A DNA stretch of 64,000 nt from Azolla caroliniana (Eukaryota; Plantae; Polypodiophyta), in NCBI GenBank assembly GCA_043228905.1, contig JBHGNT010000018.1, forward strand, positions 13,454,001 through 13,518,000, read 5' to 3'. Of this stretch, positions 36,479-47,099 are shown piece after piece. Under the pieces are notes generated by a model. That model made no database searches, was not told the DNA's origin, and was given only the letters and a program-made list of their open reading frames with translations. A program made the position numbers and the translations under genes. The first letter of the stretch is position 1. Every line of letters starts with the position of its first letter.

Positions 36479-39400
36479 GTTCACAAGTGGAAGGATCGCG
36501 CACAAATGGAAAGATAAGGAATATTACGTTTGATTTTGGGGCTTTTCTTGCCATTTCAAAACACCTTGATACCAGTATCATATGTTCTCAAAAACTTGAT
36601 GAAAAAGCTAAAATTTTCACCATTTGGTAAAATTGAAAAATGCCAAAATTTGGCCAAATATGAAAAGTAACTTTGTGTATTTTTAAGAAGAAATTACAAT
36701 TAGTAGTATTTTAGATCCTAACAAAATTATAAGCGAAAGATTTCAAAACAATCAACTTTTTTATTTCATTCGATAAAATATTGTCTAAATTTCTTACATA
36801 TCGTTGCACAAAAAATACATTTAAGAGTTATTTGTATCACTATTATTATTCCTTTCCTGAGAATCACTACTATAGCTAATATATAATTGTAACTCTTCCT
36901 CCTCATTTTCAAATGTACCAATCAAATCATTGTCTTCACTAAATGGTGTCTCCAAATTGTGTGCACTAAATCTTTTTCGCCTTCAATTTGAGATATCTTC
37001 TAGTCTTGGTAATATCTTTTTTATTATGTCTATCGTTCTCGTCCTTAAACATCAAACTTTTGTCAGTGTAAAGTCATACACAATGATATCCACCTCACTA
37101 ATGTCAATGATAGATGTATTACAGAAGTTTAATACATCACCACGTCTAAAACTTTACCAATGTAGAATTGGTGCCCTAGCTGATAGCCATCTACATGTGT
37201 AGCTATTAATATCCTCACCTTGAGTTCTTGCAAGTTTCCTTGTCACCTGAGTTATGCTCGTGTTGTCATCCTTAGTTCCACATAAATGTTTCTCTGTTGT
37301 AGATGAACCAAACTATGAAGATCAACATTAAGTGCTTGACGTGGTGATTAAGAACCATGAGAATATTTTATACACCACGTAAATGGCATTTGCAAGGTTC
37401 AATTACTATCAACACAATTCTTAATCGTTTTTTGTTAATCAATGAAGCACATGTTCACGATAAGGTGTTTTGTTGTGCAACATACTTCTTTGGAGTATCG
37501 ATATGCATCTTTTTCTCTTGTAAAATAGAGATTTTAGTACAATTCGAGTTCATGTAAACCCTAAACCTCTTTTATTTGAATAAAAAGATAATTTCTAAAC
37601 ATGAACTCCATACATTATATCGAGTTGATGTAAAAACAAAGTTTTGATCACAATTACATACAATGTATCAAATTCATGTTCAAAGTTTTTTTCTTGAATT
37701 TAAAAAAATAAAAAAATAAAACAATTGAGCTTGACTTGATGAAAAAACCAATTTTTTCACCACAATTCAATACAATGTATAGAGTTCATGTTTAAAGTAA
37801 TTTTTTCAAAATTTTTTGATATTTGTTTTATTTATTTATAATTTGTTTTTTGGGAAAAAAAAACTTTAAACATGAATTCGATACATTGTATCGACTTGTG
37901 ATGAAAACTCTAGTTTTTTCATCACTTCAAAAACAATTAAAAAAGAAGAAGAAGACCCAAAATAGATAGAAAAAGTAAAAAAAAAAAAAAAAAAAACTTT
38001 AAACATGAACTCGATACATTGTATCGAGTTCACGTTGAAAACTCTATTTTTAAACACGAACTCCATACACCGTATCGAGTTCGTGTTTAAAAATAAAGTT
38101 TTCAGCGCGAAGTCGATACGCCATATCGAGTTTGTGTTGAAAAACTCCGTTTTTTGACATGAACTTGATACAATGTATCGAGTTTGTGTTTGAAACATTT
38201 AAACACAAACTTGATACGCCGTATCAAATTCATGTTGAAAAGTCAACTTTTCGACATGTACCGAGTTCATGTTGAAAAACAAATTTTTCAAGACCAACTC
38301 AATACATTGTATTGAATTCATGTGAAAAAGTCAGTTTTTCGACATGAACTCGATACATTGTATCGAGTTCATGTTGGAATTTTTTTTTCAAGACCAACTC
38401 GATACATTGTATCGAGTTCATGTCGTAAAACTGACTTTTTCACATGAATTTAATACAATGTATCGAGTTCATGTTTAAAGGTTTTTTTGGGGGGTTTTAA
38501 AATAAACAAATTTGGTTTTTTTCTATTTATTTTGGGTCCTTTCGGTTATTTTTAAAAAAATAAATTGAAATGATGAAAAAACCAGAGTTTTAATGTTTAA
38601 AGTTTTTTTTCCAAAAAAGTAAATAAAAAAAATAAAAAAAATAAAAAAATAAAAAAAAATAAAAAAAAATAAAAAAAAATAAAAAAAATAAAAAAAAAAT
38701 AAAAAATAAAAATAAAAAAAAAAATAAAAAATAAAAAAAATAAAAAATAAAAAATAAAAAAAATAAAATTGAAAAAAAATCAAACAAAATTACTTTAAAC
38801 ATAAAGTAGTTACATTGTACTGAATTGTGGTGAAAAATTTGGTTTTTTCATCAAGTCAAGTTCGATTGATTTATTATTTATTTATTTTAATTTGGAGGAA
38901 AAAAACTTTGAATATAAATTTGATACATTGTATGGAATTGTGATGAAAACTCTGTTTTTTATATCAACTCAATACAATGTATTGAGTTCATGTTTAGAAA
39001 TCTTTTCTTTTTTCAAATAAAAGAGGTTTAGGGTTTACATGAACTCGAATTGTACTTTTGACAAGAGTAAAAGATGCATATCGATGTTGTAAAGAATTAT
39101 GTTGCACAACAAGATACCTTACGATGAACATGTGCTTCCTTGATTAACAAAAAACCATTAATAATTGTGTTGATGGTAATTCAACCTTGCAAATGCCATT
39201 TACTTCACAAATTTTGTAGGGGAGCTCTCAAAATGAAGAAGAGGAGAGCATTGTGGATACCTTGATAAGTATGTGATATGTTCAAATTGATATATTAATG
39301 TTTACATCTAAGTTTGGCAATTTTGATAGTTTATGAATATCATCTACAATTTAGGAGTTATGGATTTATCAAAATTGTTTATGAATATTGTATACATTTC

Positions 39401-39834
39401 TTGAGTTTTGAATTTATGAATGTTAATGAGCACTAAATTTATAGATGATGACATTAAGGATTACAATGTTACCTCTTATACTTAAAACATTTTCAAGTCT
39501 AACAATAGATGTAACTTCCACTTCTGGAACCTACATCTTCTCAAGATGGTGAAACCATTAATCTTAACTTGTGTGTTTGAGTTAACCATTGTGATTTTCT
39601 TTAAGTTAACGACATTTCATATTTTCAAACCATTAACGTTTAAGCATTTATTGAAAAACTTTTCAATTTTAAAAATTATCATTTTGGAACTTGTTAAATC
39701 TCAAAAAAGTAACAAATTTTATATGCTATTTAAAACATGTGATACTGGTGTATCAAGTTTATGAAAATCGCCTAAAATCGCAAGATTATAAAAGGAATGT
39801 ATAAGTGGAATGCGCGATCCTTCCACTTGTGAAC
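36479..39834. mobile_element. TIR DNA transposon, non-autonomous or decayed, superfamily unassigned
   Basis: Perfect 24-bp inverted repeat GTTCACAAGTGGAAGGATCGCGCA (36479-36502, 39811-39834) plus imperfect subterminal inverted similarity; no TSD found. Confidence 0.8.
37379..39203. repeat. Foldback element: about 500-bp inverted arms plus an array of palindromic units
   Basis: GTAAATGGCATTTGCAAGGTT... at 37379 mirrors ...AACCTTGCAAATGCCATTTAC at 39203; about 17 copies of CATGAACTCGATACA-W-TGTATCGAGTTCATG. Confidence 0.88.
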
Positions 39835-40317
39835 ACAATATGGTGTTGTTCCCATGTGATGGAGGAAGATCCATCACAAAATCCATGCTTGTGTTTATCT
39901 TGGGCTAGACCTTAACCGCAAACACAAGGTATTCCCTTCCGGAATACTCTCCAAAGGTGTGGTTGAAAAGCTGGAGTAATACACAAACAATTATAGATGA
40001 TCCGGTTATGTATCAGACACACATACACAATATCTGATTATAGATTAACATGTGTAAGATTATAACATGAAAGTATAGAAGGCAAGTACACGAGATAGAC
40101 AACAGAGATGTATATTACTCCTAATTGATACATACAATCCAAACTCCTTATATAGGTAGCCAAAACCGATACAAAACGATGCATGAACAGATCGGCAAGG
40201 ATACAGAACAATGTGGCTCTGGATTGGTACATTCGTTCGGATCCGTCATCACATAATAACATAATATTCCTAATGATCTAATATCTAGGAATCTGGTTCA
40301 CACCTCCAGGAAACACA

Positions 40318-40359
40318 TGGCACACCTGTGGGAAAGTGCCTTGCACGTCGATCCCACAA
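40318..40359 (-). other. tRNA-Arg 3'-half-like motif at the PPT position of D2
   Basis: Minus strand TTGTGGGATCGA-CGTGCAAGGCACT-TTCCCACAGGTGTGCCA, 2 nt before the LTR. Confidence 0.78.
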
Positions 40360-41923
40360 ACCATAACCATCATCCTTGTTCATCCCACCCTTAGGTTTCC
40401 TCAAGTATATCCAAAATATCTTGGTCCACTGGATTCGGTTCTTCTTCTTCTTCTCATGCTATCTGTTGTTGTGTAGAGTCATTCTTTAGCCAGTAATCTT
40501 CATTGGATGTTTGTTGCTCTTCTGCACCTCGTTGTTGCATGTGTGCTTGCTCCGTCGACTGTTCGAGTTGTGTCACCGACTAGTCTATTTGTGACTCTGG
40601 CTGGTGCTCCTTCGTTGTATCCGGCTTAGCCACTGGTTGCTCTTTGTCACCGATGTTTATTTGCACCTTCATCTGCTCGGTTACCCTTCGCCTTCTCTCC
40701 CTCTTGTAAGCTTCCGGCTCCAGCGTCAACTACAGTTGATCGTCTTCAAATTCCTCCAATAATTACCGGATCCCATCTATTTGTACCTAGACCATAACAT
40801 AAAAATCATTCGACAACTCCTCCTGAATGGTGATGATGCTTTCTTGGTCCATTTTATGAAAGTGGTCCCCAGTCTTTTTCCTGTTTTCTACATCAATACG
40901 GAGTATTTGAAGCTCAACCGCATGTTTCGACCACTATTCCCATATGGTCGTGGAACATTCCTCCATTCTTTCTCTCATTCGTTCATGCCGACCTTCGAAA
41001 ATAAGCCAGATTCTTTTGATTCCCATCTGCACTCTTTCTTTAGTGGCCTACTTCTCTTGCTTTAGCTGCTTGATCAGTTGTGTCGCTACTGTTGCTTGCA
41101 CCTCATAGTTCATCAATTGGGTCTGATAGTTCGTCTATACTTTATTGCACACTTCTCTTGATCGTTCTATTATTCGATTTGCTCTGTCAGCAACTCCGAC
41201 TGTTCCTTTGCCGTCGTCTCTTCAAGAACCCTTTCCTGCACCATTAGGGCTTTCATTTTCTCCTTTACTCCATCCATGCCTCTTTCAGTTTTTCACATTT
41301 CCGGTCATATTCCTTCTCTATCTCTTTATGCTCCCGATAGAGTTTCTCGAAGTCTTCTGTCTTCTCCTTCAGACGCCAGTTTGACTACGCTTTCTGTGTG
41401 GGGGAGGATGACCCATTCCTTCTGCTCTGCTACCATCCGTGTTGCCGCCCCGGTAACCTGCTATCCTAGCCATTCAACGAGTTGTTGGCACATACTATAT
41501 TGGGTAATCACTGCAAACGCTCAACGAGTTGTTGGCACATACTATATTGGGTAATCACTGCAAACGCTTGCAGCCCCTCCGACATTCCTCCACGCTCTTC
41601 GGCTTCCCGTAGTGCCCGAAACACTTGCTCTTCTTGGCCCCGCAGGTTCTCCGGCTAGTTGTTTTCCTCATTCACTTGCTGATTGGTGTGACCTGGTTGA
41701 GCTTGCCTTTGTGGCTCTGGTTCTGGCTGAACCATTGTTACCGCTTTTGGTCTTATCATTGATGCGCATTCTATCGGCCTTGGCTCCACCACTGATGTGT
41801 TGACAACCGGCGTTTTGTCCTGATCATCCTATCCATTGGGACGCATTCGCTTGTGTCTCTTGCAGAGGCTGTTCTTTTTCCTCCGTAGGCTCCTCCTCTT
41901 CCACAATATGCTAGTGAACTCCA

Positions 41924-44900
41924 TGTTGGAACATTTTTAATGTAAGCAATATAAATATATTAGGAAATTAGAAAATACTTACCATGAATAAAGAACCATG
42001 AAGGTTCACATGTAACTGTCTTCAAGAACCGTGAAGGTTCATATGTAACAGTTTTCCCCACATTGTACCTATATATATTTACCATCAATAAGAATGATTC
42101 TGTAGGGCGTTTTTATACATAGAAGCATTTTTTCTGAGAAACTTACATGGTATCAGAGCGAAAACAATCCTAGATATTCATTTTCTCTCTAAGCATTCTC
42201 TACAGGTCGATCCGGAAGGTCTGCCGAAATGGCTTCGAGTGAAGGAACATCAACGGCCTCAACAGCAACATCAACAACACCTACCACAAGAAAGTATTTA
42301 ATCGAAAAATTAAACGAAAACAACTACAGGATGTGGAAATTAAAGATGGAACTCATCCTACAACGAATGGATCTACTTAAAATAATCAAAGGTGAGATCA
42401 AACAACCAACCACAGAACCTGAAACAACAGAATGGAAGATGAAAGATCTGGATGCAAGGACTGAAATCATCATGCATCTAACAGATAGACAAGTGGATCT
42501 TGTCAAACACCTTGAGTCATCTAAAGAAATGTGGGATCTTCTTAAAGAACACCACGAACCATCAGATCGAACGACAAAAGTCCTTTCATTTCGTTACCTT
42601 GTAACTTTGGAAATGAAAGAGGATGACTCACTTGACACCTTCATCAGCAAATATCAATCTGCATATGATACAACAATTTCAGCGGGCAACAAGATTGATG
42701 AAGAAATGAAGGTAGACATCATGTTTGGAGCCCTACCAACTTCATGGGGCCCATTTATAGTGATCCATGGGGCTGATCCAACACTTTCGCTAAAAAATCT
42801 GATCTCAAAGATGAAGCAGGAAGATCCTCGAAGGAGAAAGCCTCAAAATGTCTCAGACAATCCACACATGGCAATGATTGCTACGATGAAGAATCAGAGA
42901 GGTAACTTTAATAGAAACAAATTTCAAAACAATAATAAGTACACAAAGAACATACCAAGTGTACATGATGGAAACAAGTTCCACAATAAAAAATCATTCC
43001 AGAATAAAAAATCAGGTGCCCTTAGTATTTCCTCTCAAATTATTTGTCGATATTGTGGTAAGGTGGGTCACATGGAAAGAGACTGCAGAAAGAAGCAATA
43101 TGATCACAGGAATAAGAATAAAAGAAACTCAGCACATGTTCACACAGCCTCAGTACAAAACCAACAAGAAGATAATGACCCTTTTATCCAAGCATTTGTG
43201 GCAATAAATCAGAACTTCAATGTGGAAAATTTATGGTTGTTTGATACAAGTGCAACCCATCATCTTACCCATAGTAGAAACCTTATTCATGATTACATCC
43301 AACTTGCTACACCTCTGGAAGTTCGATTTGGTGACAATGCAATCAAGTTGGCTTTAGGAAAGGGAACAATTCATTTGTCAATTGACAATGAGCAAACAAT
43401 TAGTATATCCAATGTATACTATGTTCCTGGCCTAGCGAAGAACTTGTTGTCTGTAAGTGAAGCCACAACAAATGGTGCAATAATTGAATTTCATCACAAC
43501 TGTGCAATTATCAAATATACTTTACCATCAGGAAAAGTCATAAAGATAGTGTCTCCCAAACATGGAAGACTTTACCCCCTTCAAGCTATGGACAAAACAC
43601 CAATTGAAGCACACAGTGCCTCAAGAAACTCTCAAGTTGATCATACTTTATTATGGCATTATCGGCTCGGACATCTACATCCAAGAGTCATGAAGACATG
43701 CCAAATTCATAACCTTGGAGATGGTATGCCAACACAACCATTTACATACCTTTCACTTTGTGAAGGATGTATTTATGGGAAACAAACGAGACAAAAGTTT
43801 CCCCTCAGCAAATGCAGATCTGAAAGAAAGTTGCAGTTAGTACATTCGGACTTGTGTGGTCCATTCCAAAAGAAATCAATTTCTGGTAATCACTATTTCA
43901 TTTCATTCATCGATGACTTTAGTAGATTTACCATGCTTTATTTTTTAAAGAAAAAGTCTGAAGCCTTCCAAGCCTTTACCTATTATAAATCCATGGCTGA
44001 AAATCAATGTCAAAGTAAAATCAACAGCGTTAGGTCAGATAATGGTGGAGAATATGTCTCAAATGAATGGCAGAATTTCTGCAATGTACATGGCATTAGA
44101 CATGAGCTCAATGTACCACACAACCCACAACAGAACGGAGTGGCAGAAAGAAAGAATAGAACACTATTAGATGCAAGTAGAAGCATGTTGCAAGTGGCAG
44201 GACTTGAACACCGGTTTTGGCAAGAGGCAGTAGCGACATCATGCTATTTACAAAACAGATCTCCACACAAAGTGCTAGGTCTGCACACGCCATACATGGT
44301 TTGGTTTGGACATAAACCAGTTTTTTCAAATTTAAGAGTGTTCGGTTCGATTGCATATAGTCACATACCACAAGAGAAAAGGAAGAAGTTGGATCCACAT
44401 GCGAAGAAATGTATCATGGTTGGATATGGTGAGGCTGCAGGTGTGAAAGGATACAAACTATTTGATCCTAGCAATCAAAAGTTTATTTTTAGTAGGTCTG
44501 TGACATTTGATGAAGATGCTCTATTCTACAACAGTGAACAGTCACATGAAAAAATGGAAATGCAAGACATGCAGAATCAATTGCATAATGGAAATGATTT
44601 GAGAAAAGAAAGAAGACATATTGAAGAACTGTTGAGAATGGAGGAGAACACAAACCTTGAAATGACATTAGTAGAGTGGCAACAACCAATAGTTTCAACA
44701 GCAACAACGATAGTTCCGGTGGCAACAACAAAAATTCCTACGATAACATCAACAGTTCCAAAGGTGCTTCCAATAGGACAAACAACAACAACAACAGGTC
44801 CTGTATTTGCCACTACAACTCCAGCGATGGATCGTGCTTCTGCATCGACACCCTTCTTAGCTGTAAACAATAAGGACACAATAATCAGAAATGATAGTGA

Positions 44901-47099
44901 ACCAATACACTCAACTTATGAAACAGTTGATTCTACAACAAATCTTGAAGACTCAGGAAAATCTTGGCATTCTCCCTCTGATTCAAGTTTAGGGTTCCAT
45001 TTTAAAACAGATTTTACATCCCCTAAAGATATTTCCTCAGTTTCCTCCCATCTGGAGCCAAATCTTGATCTAGATTCGCTTGATGATGAAGATGCTTACC
45101 CTCGTCTTCCCACAAGGAGATCTAAGTTTAGAAGCTTGAAAGAATTTATGGAGATCACTGAACCATTAGACGCACTAATGGCTGATCTTTCTCCTGAAGT
45201 GGATTTTGCACAAGATGATTTCGAAATTCTTGATAATGATGATTTTTCCCCTAGTGCAGAAGAAGCCATTCATGGACCGGAAAGTGTCAAGTGGAAAGAA
45301 GCAATGCAACTTGAGATTGATGCTTTACTAAAGAATGACACTTGGGAACTTGTTACATCTCCAGAAAACCGAAATATCATCTCAAACAAATGGGTTTTGA
45401 CCAAGAAGTTTGATTCACAAGGAGCTCTACTTCGACACAAGGCACGACTTGCTGCTCGAGGTTTTTCACAAGTTCTAGGCCTTGACTTTACAGACACTTT
45501 TGCCCCAACTCTTAAAGCAGTTCCGCTAAGGTTTATGTTTGCTATAAGTGCTGGTTTAAACCTAGAACTACACCATCTTGATGTAGAAACGGCCTTCCTT
45601 CATGGTGACTTGGATGAGGAAATTTATATGGAGCAACCTCCATTCTTTGTAGATTCAAAGAATCCTCATTATGTGTGCAAACTCAAGAAATCCTTATACG
45701 GTCTCAAACAATCACCTAGAATGTGGCATTTGAAGCTACATACTTATCTTGAATCTATTGGATTCAAACGTCTTCAGGCAGAACCAAATTTATACATCCG
45801 AAAGGAAGGTAAAATTTTTATACTTCTTGGTGTATATGTTGATGACCTCCCTATTGCCTCAAATTCAATTACTGCTATGAGGAAGACCATCTCCCAACTA
45901 AAAATGAAGTTTCTAGTCAAAGACTTAGGACCAATGGAGTTTTGCCTTGGTATCAAAGTAACTCGAAATCGAATGGAAGGTACTCTCACTCTTTCACAAA
46001 AGAAGTTGGTGGAAGATATATTAAAGAAATTTGACATGGTTGATTGCAAACCTATTCGAACACCAATGACAGTACCATGCAAACTATCTTCTAATGATAG
46101 TCCACAAACTATAATGGACGAGAAAATCATGGCATCGCTTCCATATCGCCAAATTTTAGGAAGTGTCAGATATTTGGTAAGTTGTACACGACCAGATTTA
46201 TCTTTTTGTGCTGGTTTTCTATCTAGGTTTATGCAAAATCCTGGAATAGCACATTGGCAAGCTCTAAAACGGGTTCTCCGCTACCTACAACATACCAAAG
46301 ACATGGTACTTACCTACCGCAGCTTCCAATTCCAGAATTCGTACCAACTCAACGGATGGCTTCATGCTCCCCTACAAGGTTGGATGGATTCTGATTGGGG
46401 AGGGGATATTGACACCTCTCGATCAACCTTTGGCATGCTCTTCACATTTGCTGGAGGTGCTATAGCATGGCAAAGTAAAAGACAAACTTCGGTGGCGCTG
46501 TCGAGTACTGAAGCAGAGTATGTAGCAGCAACTCTCACAGCCAAAGAAGGAATTTGGATTAAGACAATTATTGAAGAGCTTGACATTTTCAAACTCTCAG
46601 AAATGAAGATCTATTGCGACAATCAGTCGTGTATAAAGTTAGCTGAAAACCCAAAGATCACAGATAAAAACAAACACATTAGAGCTCGACATCACTTTAT
46701 AAGAGAATTGGTAGCAACAAAAGAAATGATTTTACAGTATACTTCAACAACCACCATGTGGGCTGATTTCTTAACGAAACCTGTCTCAAGCCAAAAGCAT
46801 TGGTTATGTTGTTCTAAAATTGGCCTTAGTTTACTAAACCCTAAGAAGAAATAAATTGCTTACCTTAAGGGGGGGTGTTGGAACATTTTTAATGTAAGCA
46901 ATATAAATATATTAGGAAATTAGAAAATACTTACCATGAATAAAGAACCATGAAGGTTCACATGTAACTGTCTTCAAGAACCGTGAAGGTTCATATGTAA
47001 CTGTTTTCCCCACATTGTACCTATATATATTTACCATCAATAAGAATGATTCTGTAGGGTGTTTTTATACATAGAAGCATTTTTTCTGAGAAACTTACA
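41924..47099 (+). mobile_element. Full-length young Ty1/copia element with 224-bp LTRs
   Basis: LTRs 41924-42147 and 46876-47099 (two visible differences), TSD CTCCA/CTCCG, PBS TGGTATCAGAGC 42148-42159, PPT AAGGGGGGG. Confidence 0.97.
42229..46854 (+). CDS. Copia Gag-Pol polyprotein (1541 aa)
   Basis: CCHC CRYCGKVGHMERDC, protease WLFDTSATHH, WHYRLGH, HSDLCGP, SDNGGEY, RT YVDD, RNase H DSDWGGD...ADFLTK. Confidence 0.96.
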   Translation: MASSEGTSTASTATSTTPTTRKYLIEKLNENNYRMWKLKMELILQRMDLLKIIKGEIKQPTTEPETTEWKMKDLDARTEIIMHLTDRQVDLVKHLESSKEMWDLLKEHHEPSDRTTKVLSFRYLVTLEMKEDDSLDTFISKYQSAYDTTISAGNKIDEEMKVDIMFGALPTSWGPFIVIHGADPTLSLKNLISKMKQEDPRRRKPQNVSDNPHMAMIATMKNQRGNFNRNKFQNNNKYTKNIPSVHDGNKFHNKKSFQNKKSGALSISSQIICRYCGKVGHMERDCRKKQYDHRNKNKRNSAHVHTASVQNQQEDNDPFIQAFVAINQNFNVENLWLFDTSATHHLTHSRNLIHDYIQLATPLEVRFGDNAIKLALGKGTIHLSIDNEQTISISNVYYVPGLAKNLLSVSEATTNGAIIEFHHNCAIIKYTLPSGKVIKIVSPKHGRLYPLQAMDKTPIEAHSASRNSQVDHTLLWHYRLGHLHPRVMKTCQIHNLGDGMPTQPFTYLSLCEGCIYGKQTRQKFPLSKCRSERKLQLVHSDLCGPFQKKSISGNHYFISFIDDFSRFTMLYFLKKKSEAFQAFTYYKSMAENQCQSKINSVRSDNGGEYVSNEWQNFCNVHGIRHELNVPHNPQQNGVAERKNRTLLDASRSMLQVAGLEHRFWQEAVATSCYLQNRSPHKVLGLHTPYMVWFGHKPVFSNLRVFGSIAYSHIPQEKRKKLDPHAKKCIMVGYGEAAGVKGYKLFDPSNQKFIFSRSVTFDEDALFYNSEQSHEKMEMQDMQNQLHNGNDLRKERRHIEELLRMEENTNLEMTLVEWQQPIVSTATTIVPVATTKIPTITSTVPKVLPIGQTTTTTGPVFATTTPAMDRASASTPFLAVNNKDTIIRNDSEPIHSTYETVDSTTNLEDSGKSWHSPSDSSLGFHFKTDFTSPKDISSVSSHLEPNLDLDSLDDEDAYPRLPTRRSKFRSLKEFMEITEPLDALMADLSPEVDFAQDDFEILDNDDFSPSAEEAIHGPESVKWKEAMQLEIDALLKNDTWELVTSPENRNIISNKWVLTKKFDSQGALLRHKARLAARGFSQVLGLDFTDTFAPTLKAVPLRFMFAISAGLNLELHHLDVETAFLHGDLDEEIYMEQPPFFVDSKNPHYVCKLKKSLYGLKQSPRMWHLKLHTYLESIGFKRLQAEPNLYIRKEGKIFILLGVYVDDLPIASNSITAMRKTISQLKMKFLVKDLGPMEFCLGIKVTRNRMEGTLTLSQKKLVEDILKKFDMVDCKPIRTPMTVPCKLSSNDSPQTIMDEKIMASLPYRQILGSVRYLVSCTRPDLSFCAGFLSRFMQNPGIAHWQALKRVLRYLQHTKDMVLTYRSFQFQNSYQLNGWLHAPLQGWMDSDWGGDIDTSRSTFGMLFTFAGGAIAWQSKRQTSVALSSTEAEYVAATLTAKEGIWIKTIIEELDIFKLSEMKIYCDNQSCIKLAENPKITDKNKHIRARHHFIRELVATKEMILQYTSTTTMWADFLTKPVSSQKHWLCCSKIGLSLLNPKKK

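Larger units (their letters stand above)
35016..39891 (-). mobile_element. Degenerate gypsy remnant (probable 3' LTR 35016-35543, integrase 35590-36475 and 39838-39891)
   Basis: SMDFVMDLP, HGLP.AIVSD, H..MDGQTE, FYGPYKVL...KLELP; LTR TGTTAT...ACCACA. Confidence 0.75.

Noticed and set aside
38523-38802. Phe/Tyr-rich ORFs
   Set aside because: Translation of an A-rich low-complexity tract.
37597-39000. Regularly spaced palindromic repeats resembling a CRISPR array
   Set aside because: Eukaryotic context, no cas genes, repeats degenerate and linkers are related A/T runs rather than unique spacers.
41474-41567. Exact 47-bp tandem duplication in the D2 extra ORF (similar small duplication at about 26487-26658)
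   Set aside because: Ordinary local duplication in decayed sequence; no sign of function.
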